Shown here piece by piece: positions 10,113-20,748 of a stretch of 64,000 bases of DNA. Source of the DNA: Octopus sinensis (Eukaryota); contig NC_043001.1 of NCBI RefSeq assembly GCF_006345805.1, positions 13,950,001 through 14,014,000 on the forward strand, read 5' to 3'. The notes beneath the pieces were generated by a model, which was given only the letters and a program-made list of their open reading frames with translations, searched no databases and was not told the DNA's origin. Position 1 is the stretch's first letter; every line of letters starts with the position of its first letter. The position numbers were made by a program, and so were the translations under genes.

Positions 10113-10725
10113 CGAGCTGAAGTGCCCGGTAAAGAATTACCGTTAACAAAATGTCTGTTTATAACCATGAAACAGTTTTCGTCAAATTTTGACATTTTTC
10201 AAAAATTTTAAATCTATATTAATGGGTGGAACCAATTTGACGAAAAAATGAGCCGAGTCTAGTAGCGAACCCGTGTTGTCATTTTTGTGCATGTACGTAA
10301 AATGGCGAAGTTTTACGCTTTGGGGCTTGAGAAATAAAATGTACTTACCTGATCAAAATCTGAAACGCTGGGGAATTAAAACAACGAATTGAAATAATAA
10401 GTTTTAACAAATCAAAACAATTCGCATTGGAATGAAGAATTAGCAAATGCTAAATAGATTACCGTTAATAAGCTGTCTGTTTATACCCATGAAATATCTT
10501 TCGTCAAATTGATATAACGATGGCTAGTGCGGAAAATGCCGAAATTTTACTATTTTTGAAAAATCGAAACTGATTAAAAATCGATTTAAAAAAAAATTCC
10601 AAGTGCGTAAGTGATCGCATGGGCAATACAGGTGTCAAGTTTTCATCAAGGTCTGTTGGATAGTCTCGGACGAGTTAAAGTAATAAATTCACAAACACAC
10701 AAACTTGCCATTTTTTAAAAATAGA
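10113..10725 (-). mobile_element. Degenerate non-autonomous Helitron
   Basis: Minus strand A|TC start; subterminal hairpin CGGTAA-TTCT-TTACCG then CTCG|T (CTAG variant); internal about 50-bp direct repeat at 10137 and 10459. Confidence 0.55.
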
Positions 10726-12254
10726 TTTAACCAATTTCAGTGTACTTGAGAAGCCGATATGTTATGACACACGTAGAAACGCATACATAAGAAAATGCTG
10801 AAACTAAGTTTGAAAACAAAATATATAAAAAAGATCTAAATGCTTTTATCATTAAATTGTTTTTAGATTCTAAGTTATTCCTTCGAAATCAACGACACTT
10901 CTAAGCTTGGCAGCCTTTCTAAAACCAGTATAAAAATTTCCCTCCCCACCTCTCTCTCCCACACTCTCTTCCCCACCCCCATACTAGCCTTTTTTGCATT
11001 TGGTTTTTTGCACCAAGAACAAAGCAACAATATTGTCTCATTCACATTCGCTTTTAGCCCTGCATTGCATTAAATGGGTTTATCACATTTAATGCAACGA
11101 TAAGGAAGTTGACAGCAACATCGAACTCTAGTTATTTATCGCATTTCTAATGCAATATGGATGGGTTGTAATACCATAAGGTTTCTAAATAATCTTTACA
11201 AGGGTATAGAGGTGTTTGCACATGACCTAATCATAAGGCATAGTTTAAAGGATCATGGCCAGTTCGAAAACAACAAAGCCTTCGTTACCGTAGCTCAGTA
11301 TGTAATACGTTGATAGAGCAAGCTGAGATAACGAAGGATTAAAGATTGATGGTTTATCTCTTGATTCCCTCGCCCCTAACCCTTTTTCTATTCTACTTAA
11401 AATAATCTCCGAAGGCTTCTCTACACATATTCCCAGTAGCAGTCATGCTCAATGAGCTTTTTGTATTTCCCAAGTGACTTTTTTTACTTCTATTTTCCGC
11501 CTGTTTCTTGTCACGGAGATATTTGATTTATAGTTTCACGACTGCTTTCATTAAACATTCTTTCATTATCATCGTGTTTTTGTAATAACCGGAATTCGTA
11601 AGATAGGCTGTCTTGGTTGCTTCTGTTCGATACAACACATCCATTCAGCGTTTGACGTTTGTTATTCATCTTAACCCGCACAGAAATTGCCACCGAACTT
11701 ACTTAGTGTGAAAAAAAATGATATATCGAAACCTGGAAAGCTATAGAGAAACTTCGTTTAATAGAAAGTAAGAGCGAAACAGATATAAGTTGCTTATTAT
11801 AATTATATATGTAAAAAAAACAAATGTCTCTATATATCTTTATGAATAGCTGTCTTCCAATCTGTCGCCGGTAGCTTCTACTGCATTGTAAATACGGTAT
11901 TGTGAACTGAAGTGAAATAAATATTGAACATAAATAATGAGCCTAAGATTAATTGTGTATTAGCGAAAGATATAAAACATGTCCTGGGTTTCTTTCGCTT
12001 TAGTTGTAAAACATAACTGAAATACATATTGAATAAAAAATCTAAAAGAAAAGTTAAAGTTTATAGTGAGAATTTGGTAGCACAAAAGAAAGAGGAGACT
12101 AAACAGACGAAGTGTAATCGTGCTTAGGTATTGAAATGTATGGCACGTCCTACATTCAGATGGAGACGACGAAGAAGCAGACAAACTATAATGGATAAAA
12201 GAGGTTAGAAACAAATATATGTAGTAGTAGTAGTAGTAGTAGTAGTTTTAAGTT

Positions 12255-12440
12255 TTGGCACAAGGCCAGCAATGTCGAGCAAATAAGTAAGTCGATTACA
12301 TCGGCCTCAGTGCAAAAGTGGTCCACTTATTTCATCCTTGCCGTCCCCGGCGGAATTTGAGCTCCGAACGTAAAATCGCAAGATATGCCTACAAATATTT
12401 TGCCCGGCGAGCTAACGATCCTGCCAGCTCACCGCCTTAA
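12255..12440 (-). mobile_element. SINE family 1, old copy with alternative tail (GGCCTTGTGCCAAAA)
   Basis: Head AGGCGGTGAGCTGGCAG, B-box and core recognisable. Confidence 0.7.
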
Positions 12441-12484
12441 TAATAATAATTATTATCATTATTATTATTATTATCATTGTTATT

Positions 12485-12515
<31 letters not shown>

Positions 12516-12548
12516 ATATTATTATTATCATTATTATAATTATTATAG

Positions 12549-13775
12549 ACGTCACACAGTATACAATATTGTGAGGTTGTTGATTGAAGGGTTTACACTG
12601 TTTGTCAAGTCACAATAATTTACGCAATATACGTGCAGTTCCAAGTAATGCCAGCTTTTGCAATACATCTGGATCGTACGGTATCTCTAAAGTTTTCAGA
12701 TATTTTTTTTTTTCAGATTGGGTGCTACTGAACTGAATGCTCCGATAACAATAGGAACAACGTTTAGGTTCGACTCTCGTAGCTGCCACATCTTAGCGAC
12801 CTCAGTTCTCAGGTCTCCGTATTTATCAAATTTTTCTCTCTCTTTTATGATGATGTGTTGATCTCCTGGCACTGCTACATCGATTACTAGGGACTCTTCT
12901 TTGTCCCTCCTACAAGTTATTATGTCCGGCCTTTGGGGCTCCAACACCTTGTCTGTCTGGAAATCAAAGTCCCAGAAGATTTTTGCCTTCCCTTTTTCGT
13001 CCATTAGCTTTTCCGGTGTATGTTGGTACCAAGCACCCACAACCTCATATCCATACTTACGGCATAGTAGCCAGTGGAGGTTTTCGTGTCTATGCTTGAG
13101 TGGCTGTGTGGTAAGTAGCTTGTTTACCAACCACATGGTTCTGGGTTCAGTCCCACTGCGTGGCACCTTGGGCAAGTGTCTTCGACTATAGGCTCAGGCC
13201 GACCAAAGCCTTGTGAGTGGATTTGGTAGACGAAAACTGAAAGAAGCCCGTCGTATATATGTATATATATGCGTGTGTGTGTTTGTGTGTCTGTGTTTGT
13301 CCTCCTAGCATTGATTGACAACCGATGCTGGTGTGTTTATGTCCCCGTTACTTAGTGGTTCGGCAAAAGAGACCGATAGAATAAGTACTGGGCTTACAAA
13401 AGAATAAGTCATGGGGTCGATTTGGTCGACTAAAGGCGGTGCTCCAGCATGGCCGCAGTCAAATGATTGAAACAAGTAAAAGAGAGTAAGACTTTCAAAA
13501 GCTCTAACAATGTGAGTCGCACTTTTGAACCTCTCCCCACACATTCCGCAGAGGTCCGATGCACTTGTGTGGTATATATTCTTTTTCACTGAGTTTGTAT
13601 TCAATGCCTGGTATTCAAGGCCGCGATGATTAGGATTTTAGTATTCTTTTGTAGGCCACCCTTGTGGAGCCACCTCAATGATGCTTCCTTGTCTTTTAAT
13701 TTGTTGGTTTCACGGTGGAACTGACCATGTAATTCCATACGGAGTAGGATTTCTTCTCTCTCGCTGGCTGTTGTT
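12549..13775 (-). mobile_element. R4/Dong-clade LINE 3' fragment (CCHC plus restriction-like endonuclease)
   Basis: LHGQF, CGMCGERFKSATHIV, LHWLLC, WDFDFQTDK..RPDII, VIDVAVP, KEREKFDKY, VPIVIGA, LQKLALLGTARILRK; bounded by (TAA)n at 12438-12548 and about 13785-13815. Confidence 0.85.
13098..13490 (+). mobile_element. SINE family 2 (tRNA head, CORE-like TGGGCAAGTG, internal microsatellite, CR1-like tail) inserted in the Dong fragment
   Basis: GAGTGGCTGTGTGGTAAGTAGCTTG...GGCGGTGCTCCAGCATGGCCGCAGTCAAATGATTGAAACAAGTAAAAGAG. Confidence 0.85.
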
Positions 13776-13814
13776 GTTGTTCTTATTATTATTATTATTA
13801 TTATCATCATTATT

Positions 13815-14167
13815 ATTTCAAATTGTTGCCACAAGGGCAGCTTGGGAGATTACATTGACCCCAGAGTTCAATTGGTACTTATTTTATCGAACCCGAAAGA
13901 ATGAATGGCGGAATTCGAACTCAGAACGTTAAGACAGACGAAATACCTATTTTTTTACTACTCACAAGGGGCTAAAGACAGATGGGACAAACAAGGACAG
14001 ACAAACGGATGAAGTCGATTATATCGACCCCAGTGCGTAACTGGTACTTATTTAATCGATCCCGAAAGGATGGAAAGCAAGGTCGACCTCGGCAGAACGT
14101 AGCAGCAGACGAAATACAACTACGCGTTTCGCCCGGCGTGCTAACGTTTCTGTCAGCTCGCGGCCTT
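13815..14167 (-). mobile_element. SINE family 1 composite (tail-A unit joined to a second unit at the GTATTTCGTCTG site)
   Basis: Junction at 13935-13950. Confidence 0.8.
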
Positions 14168-14380
14168 AATAACTATTAAATGCAATAACTAACTAGAATT
14201 CGATGTTGCTGTCCACTTTCTTATCGTTGCATTAAATGTGATAAACCTATTTAATGCAATGCAGAGCAAGAAGAGAATGTGAATGAGACAATATTTTTGA
14301 TTTGATCTTGGTGCAAAAAACCAGATTGACTCTACTGCATGCCCTGGCTCTGTCGATGGACAAAATACTGTCACAAATGT

Positions 14381-14732
14381 GCTTAGCGGTATTTCATCTG
14401 TCGCTACGTTCTGAGTTCAAATTCCGCCGAAGTCGACTTTGCCTTTCATCCTTTCGGGGTAGATTAAATAAGTACCAGTTACGCACTGGGCTCGATATAA
14501 TCGACTCCGTTTGTTTGTCTTTGTTTATCCTCTCTGTGTTTAGCCTCTTGTGGGTAGTAAAGAAATAGGTATTTCATCTGTCTTTACATTCTGAGTTCAA
14601 ACTCCACCGAGATCGACTTTGCCTTTCATCCTTTCGGGGTCGATAAATTAAGTACCAGTTGCGAACTGGGGTCGATCTAATCGACTGGTCTCCTCCCCAT
14701 AAATTTCGGACCTGATGCCTAGAGTAGAAAAG
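14381..14732 (+). mobile_element. SINE family 1 composite (tail A then tail B)
   Basis: Junction ...AAAGAAATAG|GTATTTCATCTG at 14569; 17-bp TSD AATACTGTCACAAATGT at 14364-14380 and 14733-14749. Confidence 0.85.
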
Positions 14733-14974
14733 AATACTGTCACAAATGTCAGGCAGAACATCTTTTAAAATACCCTTAGAGACTTTCTCTCTATCTCTCT
14801 CCCTCTCTATATATATATATCTATCTCTCTATCTCTATCCTCTCTATCTATCCTTCTCTCTATCTATCTATCTATCGCTCTCCCCACTCTCTGTGAAACA
14901 TGTCTCGACCTCATCCTTGCCTCAGACAATAAGACAAATCCGGCGATAAAATATTTTTCTGTTAAATTTTTCTT

Positions 14975-15610
14975 TTATTATTTCAATCATTTGACTGTGG
15001 CCATGCTGGAGCACCGCCTTTTGTCGAGCAAATCGATCCTAGGACTTACTCTTTGTAAGGTCTCTTTTGCCGAACCGCCGAGTTATGGGGACGTAAACAC
15101 ACCCTCGGTTGTCAAACGATAGTGAGGGACAAACAATCACACAAACATACATATATATATATATATACACACACACAGGACGGGCTTCTTTCAATTTCCG
15201 TCTACCAAATCCACTCACAAGGCTTTGGTCAGCCCGAGGTTTTAGAAGACACTAGTAAAGGGGCTAAACCCGGAACCATGTGGTTGGTAAGCAAGCTACT
15301 TTATTTCATAAAATTTGTCATCATAGACAGTACAAAGATTTGCGGGCTGGACAAACACATTAATGAATGAAAATGAAATACAATGAATAAATGAGAGACG
15401 AAACCCAACAACCGCCGATTGGATTTTTCTCGAAAACATACTTTCTTTTTTAAACAATGAATGTGTGGTTGATCGGCATAGGTTACCGTCTCGGAGGGAT
15501 GTCCTCGTAGCTCCTTTTCTGACGACGGTTAGCTCCCCTTACTTAACATGTTTTTTTTTTAAGCACACAAGTAAGCAAGCTACTTACCACACAGCCACTC
15601 CTGCGCCTAT
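14975..15610 (-). mobile_element. SINE family 2 copy split in its head by a 269-bp insertion (15302-15570)
   Basis: 15-bp TSD GTAAGCAAGCTACTT at 15287-15301 and 15571-15585. Confidence 0.8.
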
Positions 15611-16159
15611 ACTTATCTTCATTACTGAGTCTCGTTTTTATAAGATTTATTTCTTTGTCTTTTTATGATGTATTTTTTTTTTTATCTTTGGATATGACAT
15701 TCATAAAGAATTCGGTGCAGACATTTTCTTTTTTCTTTCTTCGTTTCCATCATCGGTATCGTTGTTTCTCTTGTTGTTGACGTGGTTCATTCTGCTATTG
15801 TTAAAAGACGCCATTATTTTCTCTATTAATAAAACACAAAAATACCTCACTTTTGCAATCTGAAAAAGGCGATTTCGTTTGCAAGATTTTGGTTAATTCC
15901 TTTTTCTTTGCGTATTTGTCTGTGTTCAGCTGTGCAGCTGTCAATACTTTTGTTTGTTTGGAAGCGATTCTTGCAGATATTTTATACTGGATATCAGTTA
16001 ATACAGATATATTTCAAAAACATCCTTACTTTCGTTTAACCTTCTGCAAAACAATCAGCTCTAAACAGCTTACATTATTCAATTCTGGAAACTGTTCAAA
16101 AAAAGTAATCCACGAACAAGAGTGTTGGTGAGTATGTCGTTCCACAGTATATTCTATAG

Positions 16160-16205
<46 letters not shown>

Positions 16206-16471
16206 TAATTTATTGACCGCAAGGGTTGCAAGAATGTCATTCAGGAAAATACGGAGACAAATGACAGTAAGGATTTATATAAAAACATGTAAAAAAAAAA
16301 TAATAAACAGTTACAACAAAAACGTTCAAATCCCCTCTCTCTCTCTCTCTATCTCCCTCTGCACCCTCATTTTCCAGTTTTAGTAGCTAGCTATCAAAAT
16401 GTGACCTCGTGTGTACCGTTGGCGATTTTTTTTCTTCTGCCTTCCCTTCTCTGGATCTTTCCTTCTCCTAT

Positions 16472-16506
16472 GTTTCCGATGACGAGCTCCGCTCGAAACG
16501 TTAAAC
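16472..16506 (+). ncRNA. Minimal hammerhead-like motif in a PLE-type terminal fragment (about 16400-16600)
   Basis: GTTT CCGATGA C GAGC-TCC-GCTC GAAA CG TT AAAC; core has U4-to-C; homologue at 25741-25776. Confidence 0.5.
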
Positions 16507-17090
16507 CCTCCTTCTTTCTTTCCTTTCCTGAACGTCCAATAATACTATATTTGTTCCACGTCCTCGTGTTATTGTGGTTTTTTTTGTGCTTTCTTGTTTG
16601 GATTAACTTTATCTACCAAGAAGCCTGCAAATAAATCTTGTATGGGAAGATAAAGCTTGTAGAGCAGATCATCCAGCCCCGGAAACCACTCCCTCGTGTA
16701 ATTTCTTCATGTGTTTCGTAAGCTCTTGTCGAGATTTTGTAGAACTTTGCGTCCGTATTCGTCAGGTGCAATACGCCATCGACGTTGGTGGTAAAGTTCA
16801 CTCCCGTCTTCGCTTCACTATCTGCCCCCCAAATACCTGCGCGAAGAGCCACCAGGAAGCCGTACACATCTACTTGGAATCGAGTAACCCTCTCAAAATA
16901 TTAAGGGTCGAATTGTAGCTCTCTCGTCAAGTAGTGCCTCAGCCACATGGCTCACCGAACGGCACTCATTCTCTAATTCCTTAGAGCAAGCACCTTACAT
17001 ATGACTACTACTGGGTAGTAGCAGATAAAGAGAATAGAAGGTGCCAGATGATTGACTTTACAGTCCAAAAAAAAAATCAATATAATCAAT

Positions 17091-17506
17091 AGGCGCAGGA
17101 GTGGCTGTGTGGTAAGTAGCTTGCTAACCAACCACATGGTTCCGGGTTCAGTCCCACTGCGTGGCATCTTGGGCAAGTGTCTTCTGCTATAGCCCCGGGC
17201 CGACCAATGCCTTGTGAGTGTAATTTAGTAGACGGAAACTGAAAGAAGCCCGTCGTATATATGTATATATATATATATATATATATAAGTGTGTATGTAT
17301 ATGTTTGTGTGTCTGTGTTTGTCCCCCTAGCATTGCTTGACAACCGATGCTGGTGTGTGTACGTCCCCGTCACATAGCGGTTCGGCAAAAGAGACCGATA
17401 GAATAAGTACTGGGCTTACAAAGAATAAGTCCCGGGGTCGATTTGGTCGACTAAAGGCGGTGCTCCAGCATGGCCGCAGTCAAATGACTGGAACAAGTAA
17501 AAGAGT
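17091..17506 (+). mobile_element. SINE family 2, full length
   Basis: Head, CORE-like box, (TA)n, tail hairpin CAGTC-AAAT-GACTG at 17477-17490. Confidence 0.9.
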
Positions 17507-17519
17507 ATAATAGGTATAT

Positions 17520-17828
17520 AAAGAAATAGCAAAATAGCAGGACCTAGCCATTGAATTCCAGAGACTGTGGAAAGTGCGAGTAAAATGTATCCCAGAAATT
17601 ATGGGTTATATATAGGTGCATTGGGAACTCTCCCAAAAGAGCTGAACAGATGGATAGAGGAAATAGTCGTAAAACCAGTTTAGCACAGTTCCAGGAAACA
17701 GTGTTATTCGGGTCAGCTAGGATATTTAGGAGGGTTCTTCGTGTCAAAGGTTACTTGTTGAAGCCCGATATTAAGATATTTTCTTTTCCAACAGTCTAAT
17801 CTGTTGTGTGTATGATAAGAATAATAAA
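17520..17828 (+). mobile_element. R4/Dong-clade LINE 3' end fragment
   Basis: DLAIEFQRLWK, IGALGTLPK, FQETVLFGSARIFRRVL. Confidence 0.7.
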
Positions 17829-17959
17829 GGAGGAGGAAGACGGGCAAGCGGAGGAGGAGGATATATAGCGCTACTAAAAAGGCATTATCTCACGTTCTCG
17901 CTCACACTCTCCCTCACTCTTGCTCTTCTTCCCTTTCTCTTTCTCTTTTATTTTTCTCT

Positions 17960-18368
17960 TTTACTTGTTTCAGTCATTATACTGCGGCCATGCTGGAGCA
18001 TCGCCTTTAGTCGAGCAAATCGACCCCGGGACTTATTCTTTGTAAGCCCAGTACTTATTCTATCGGTCTCTTTTGCCGAACCGCTAAGTTACGGGGACAT
18101 AAACACACCAGCATCGGTTGTCAAGCAATGCTAGGGGGACAAACACAGACACACAAACATATACACACACACACATATATATATATACATATATACATAT
18201 ATACGACAGGCTTCTTTCAGTTTCCGTCTACCAAATCCACTCACAAGGTATTTGGTCGGCCCGGGGCTATAGCAGAAGACACTTGCCCAAGATGCCACGC
18301 AGTGGGACTGAACCCGGAACCATGTGTCTGGTTAGCAGGCTACTTACCACACAGCCACTCCTGCGCCT
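17960..18368 (-). mobile_element. SINE family 2, full length
   Basis: Same modules on the minus strand. Confidence 0.9.
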
Positions 18369-18644
18369 CTGTCTCTCTTTCCCTCTCTCCCGCTTTCCAT
18401 ATGTACTTGTCTTTACCTGTTGCCTTTGTAGTGTATTAAACATGTGTTTAGCTCTGAACAAAAACTGTAGTTGTTGCAAATATTTATTAAGTAACATCAG
18501 AGAAGAGTTTGGAAATTAATCTCAAGTGAAACACGACATTACACAAAATGGTCTGCGATTTACAGAAAAATGTCTGCTGGAAATGGACAGAAGTGTTGCG
18601 CATTAGAAAGATATTAATCACTATAAATATTTTTAACACACACC

Positions 18645-18730
18645 AATGTATATATGAGGGGGTATATATGCGTAACGTTTAAATATATATACATATGTAT
18701 ATATATGTATATATACATGCATATGTATAC

Positions 18731-18769
<39 letters not shown>

Positions 18770-19970
18770 CATATGTATACATACATACATATGTATACAT
18801 ATATATATGCATATGTATGCATACACATATATATATATGTATGTATATCTTTATGTATTTGTATATGCATATGTGAATATGTAAATATATATATATATAT
18901 AAGTGTGTGTGTATGTATGTATGTATGTATGCCTGTATATATATGTGTGTGTATATATATGTATATATATCTGTGCATATGTACATATCTGTACATATGC
19001 ATATATCTGTGCATATGTACATATACGTGTGTATATATATGTACATATACGTGTGTATATGTATGTACATATACGTATTTATATAATATGTATAGATGTT
19101 TGTGTATATGTATATAGGTATTTGTGTGTGTATATATATATATACGTGTGTGTGTGCGTGTATATATATATATATGTGTGTGTGTGTATATGTATATATG
19201 TGTGCATGTGTGCGTATATATATATATGTGTGTATGTAAGTGAATGTGTATATATATATATATGTGTGTGTGTATATATATATATCTATATGTGTATAAA
19301 TATATGCATGTGTATATGTGTATGTATATATATGCATGTATATGTACATACATATATGTACGTGTATATATATGTATGTATATATGTATGTATATATATA
19401 TGTATGTGTATATGTATGTGTGTATATACATGTATATGTATATGTATGTGTGTATATACATGTATGTGTATATGTATGTGTGTATATACATGTATGTGTG
19501 TATATACATGTATGTATGTATATGTATATATATATGTATGTATGTATATATATATATGTATGTATGTATATGTATGTATATATAAATGTATATACATGTA
19601 TGTATATATATATATATATATGTATATACATGTATGTATATGTATGTATATGTATGTATGCATATGTATGTATATACGTATGTATGTATATACGTATGTA
19701 TGTATATACATATGTATGCATATGTATATACATATGTATGCATATGTATATGCATATGTATATACATATGTATGCATATGTATATACATATGTATGTATA
19801 TACATATGTATGCATATGTATATACCTATGTATGCAGATATATATGTGTCTATATATATACGTATATGTGTTTATATTCATGTGTATATATACATGTGGA
19901 TATATATATATATGTATATATTTATGTTTTTTGTGTTTATTTGTATGCTTGGATGTTTATATATGTTAAA
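18645..19970. repeat. Long degenerate TA/TG/ATGT microsatellite
   Basis: Direct reading; source of spurious Y/I/M/C-rich ORFs. Confidence 0.95.
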
Positions 19971-20345
19971 CAAATTTATGTAAATTGAAATTTGTAACGA
20001 TAATTAAATTCTCTTTCGTCTTATGACAGATATGGAATTGATGATGGTGAAGTCGCTGTCAAACATTTAAGGTTCCTTATTCCAATCGGCTGTGGAATTG
20101 AGGCATAACCAATATTTAATTACGAAAATTCAAGACAAGATTCCACAAACAAACATTATGATAATTTGTGCTTATATACCTGTTTATAGCCGCAGGCCTG
20201 GCTGTGTGGTAAGAAGCTTCCTTCCGAATCACGGGATTCCGAGTTCAGCCCGTTTACTGCCGCTTCTTGGCAGATCGTGCAGGTGATTTCTACGGAGAAG
20301 GGATTTTGGAGGCGGAAACTGAAAGAGGTCCACCGTGTGTGTGTG

Positions 20346-20387
<42 letters not shown>

Positions 20388-20748
20388 AATGTTTTGCGTA
20401 ATAAGATAAAAAGCCGAGGCTGTATAGATATTAGAGCATTTATAGATAGACGGTCTTACAGCTGTTTCTAGGATATTACTTAATTAATAATATCCCTGCT
20501 TCGGAGACGGTGTGAGAGGAAAGATTAAGTTATAGTTAGTTTCGATGTGATACAAATAGAGAGTGAGGTGGAGAAAAGAAAATAAATATATATATTGAAT
20601 CTTTTATCCTTCTACTTGTTTCGGTTATTTGACTTCGGACATGCTGGCGCATCACCTTAAATCGAGGAAGTCGTCACCAGGACCCATTTTTGTAAGCCTA
20701 GTTTTCTTTTGCCGGACCGCTAGATTACTTGGACGTACACACCAGCAT

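Noticed and set aside
16600-16970. GC-balanced stretch with short ORFs on both strands next to a hammerhead-bearing end
   Set aside because: No RT, GIY-YIG or other motif recognised; probably a TE fragment but unassignable by eye
18614-19988. Long Y/I/M/C/H/T-rich ORFs (also at 26-27 kb, 51 kb, 53.7 kb, 60.5 kb)
   Set aside because: Translations of TA/TG/GATA microsatellites that lack stop codons by composition; open in many frames on both strands
20010-20110. Possible exon after a pyrimidine tract and CAG (YGIDDGEVAVKHLR...)
   Set aside because: No recognisable protein, no convincing donor or partner exons; needs RNA-seq
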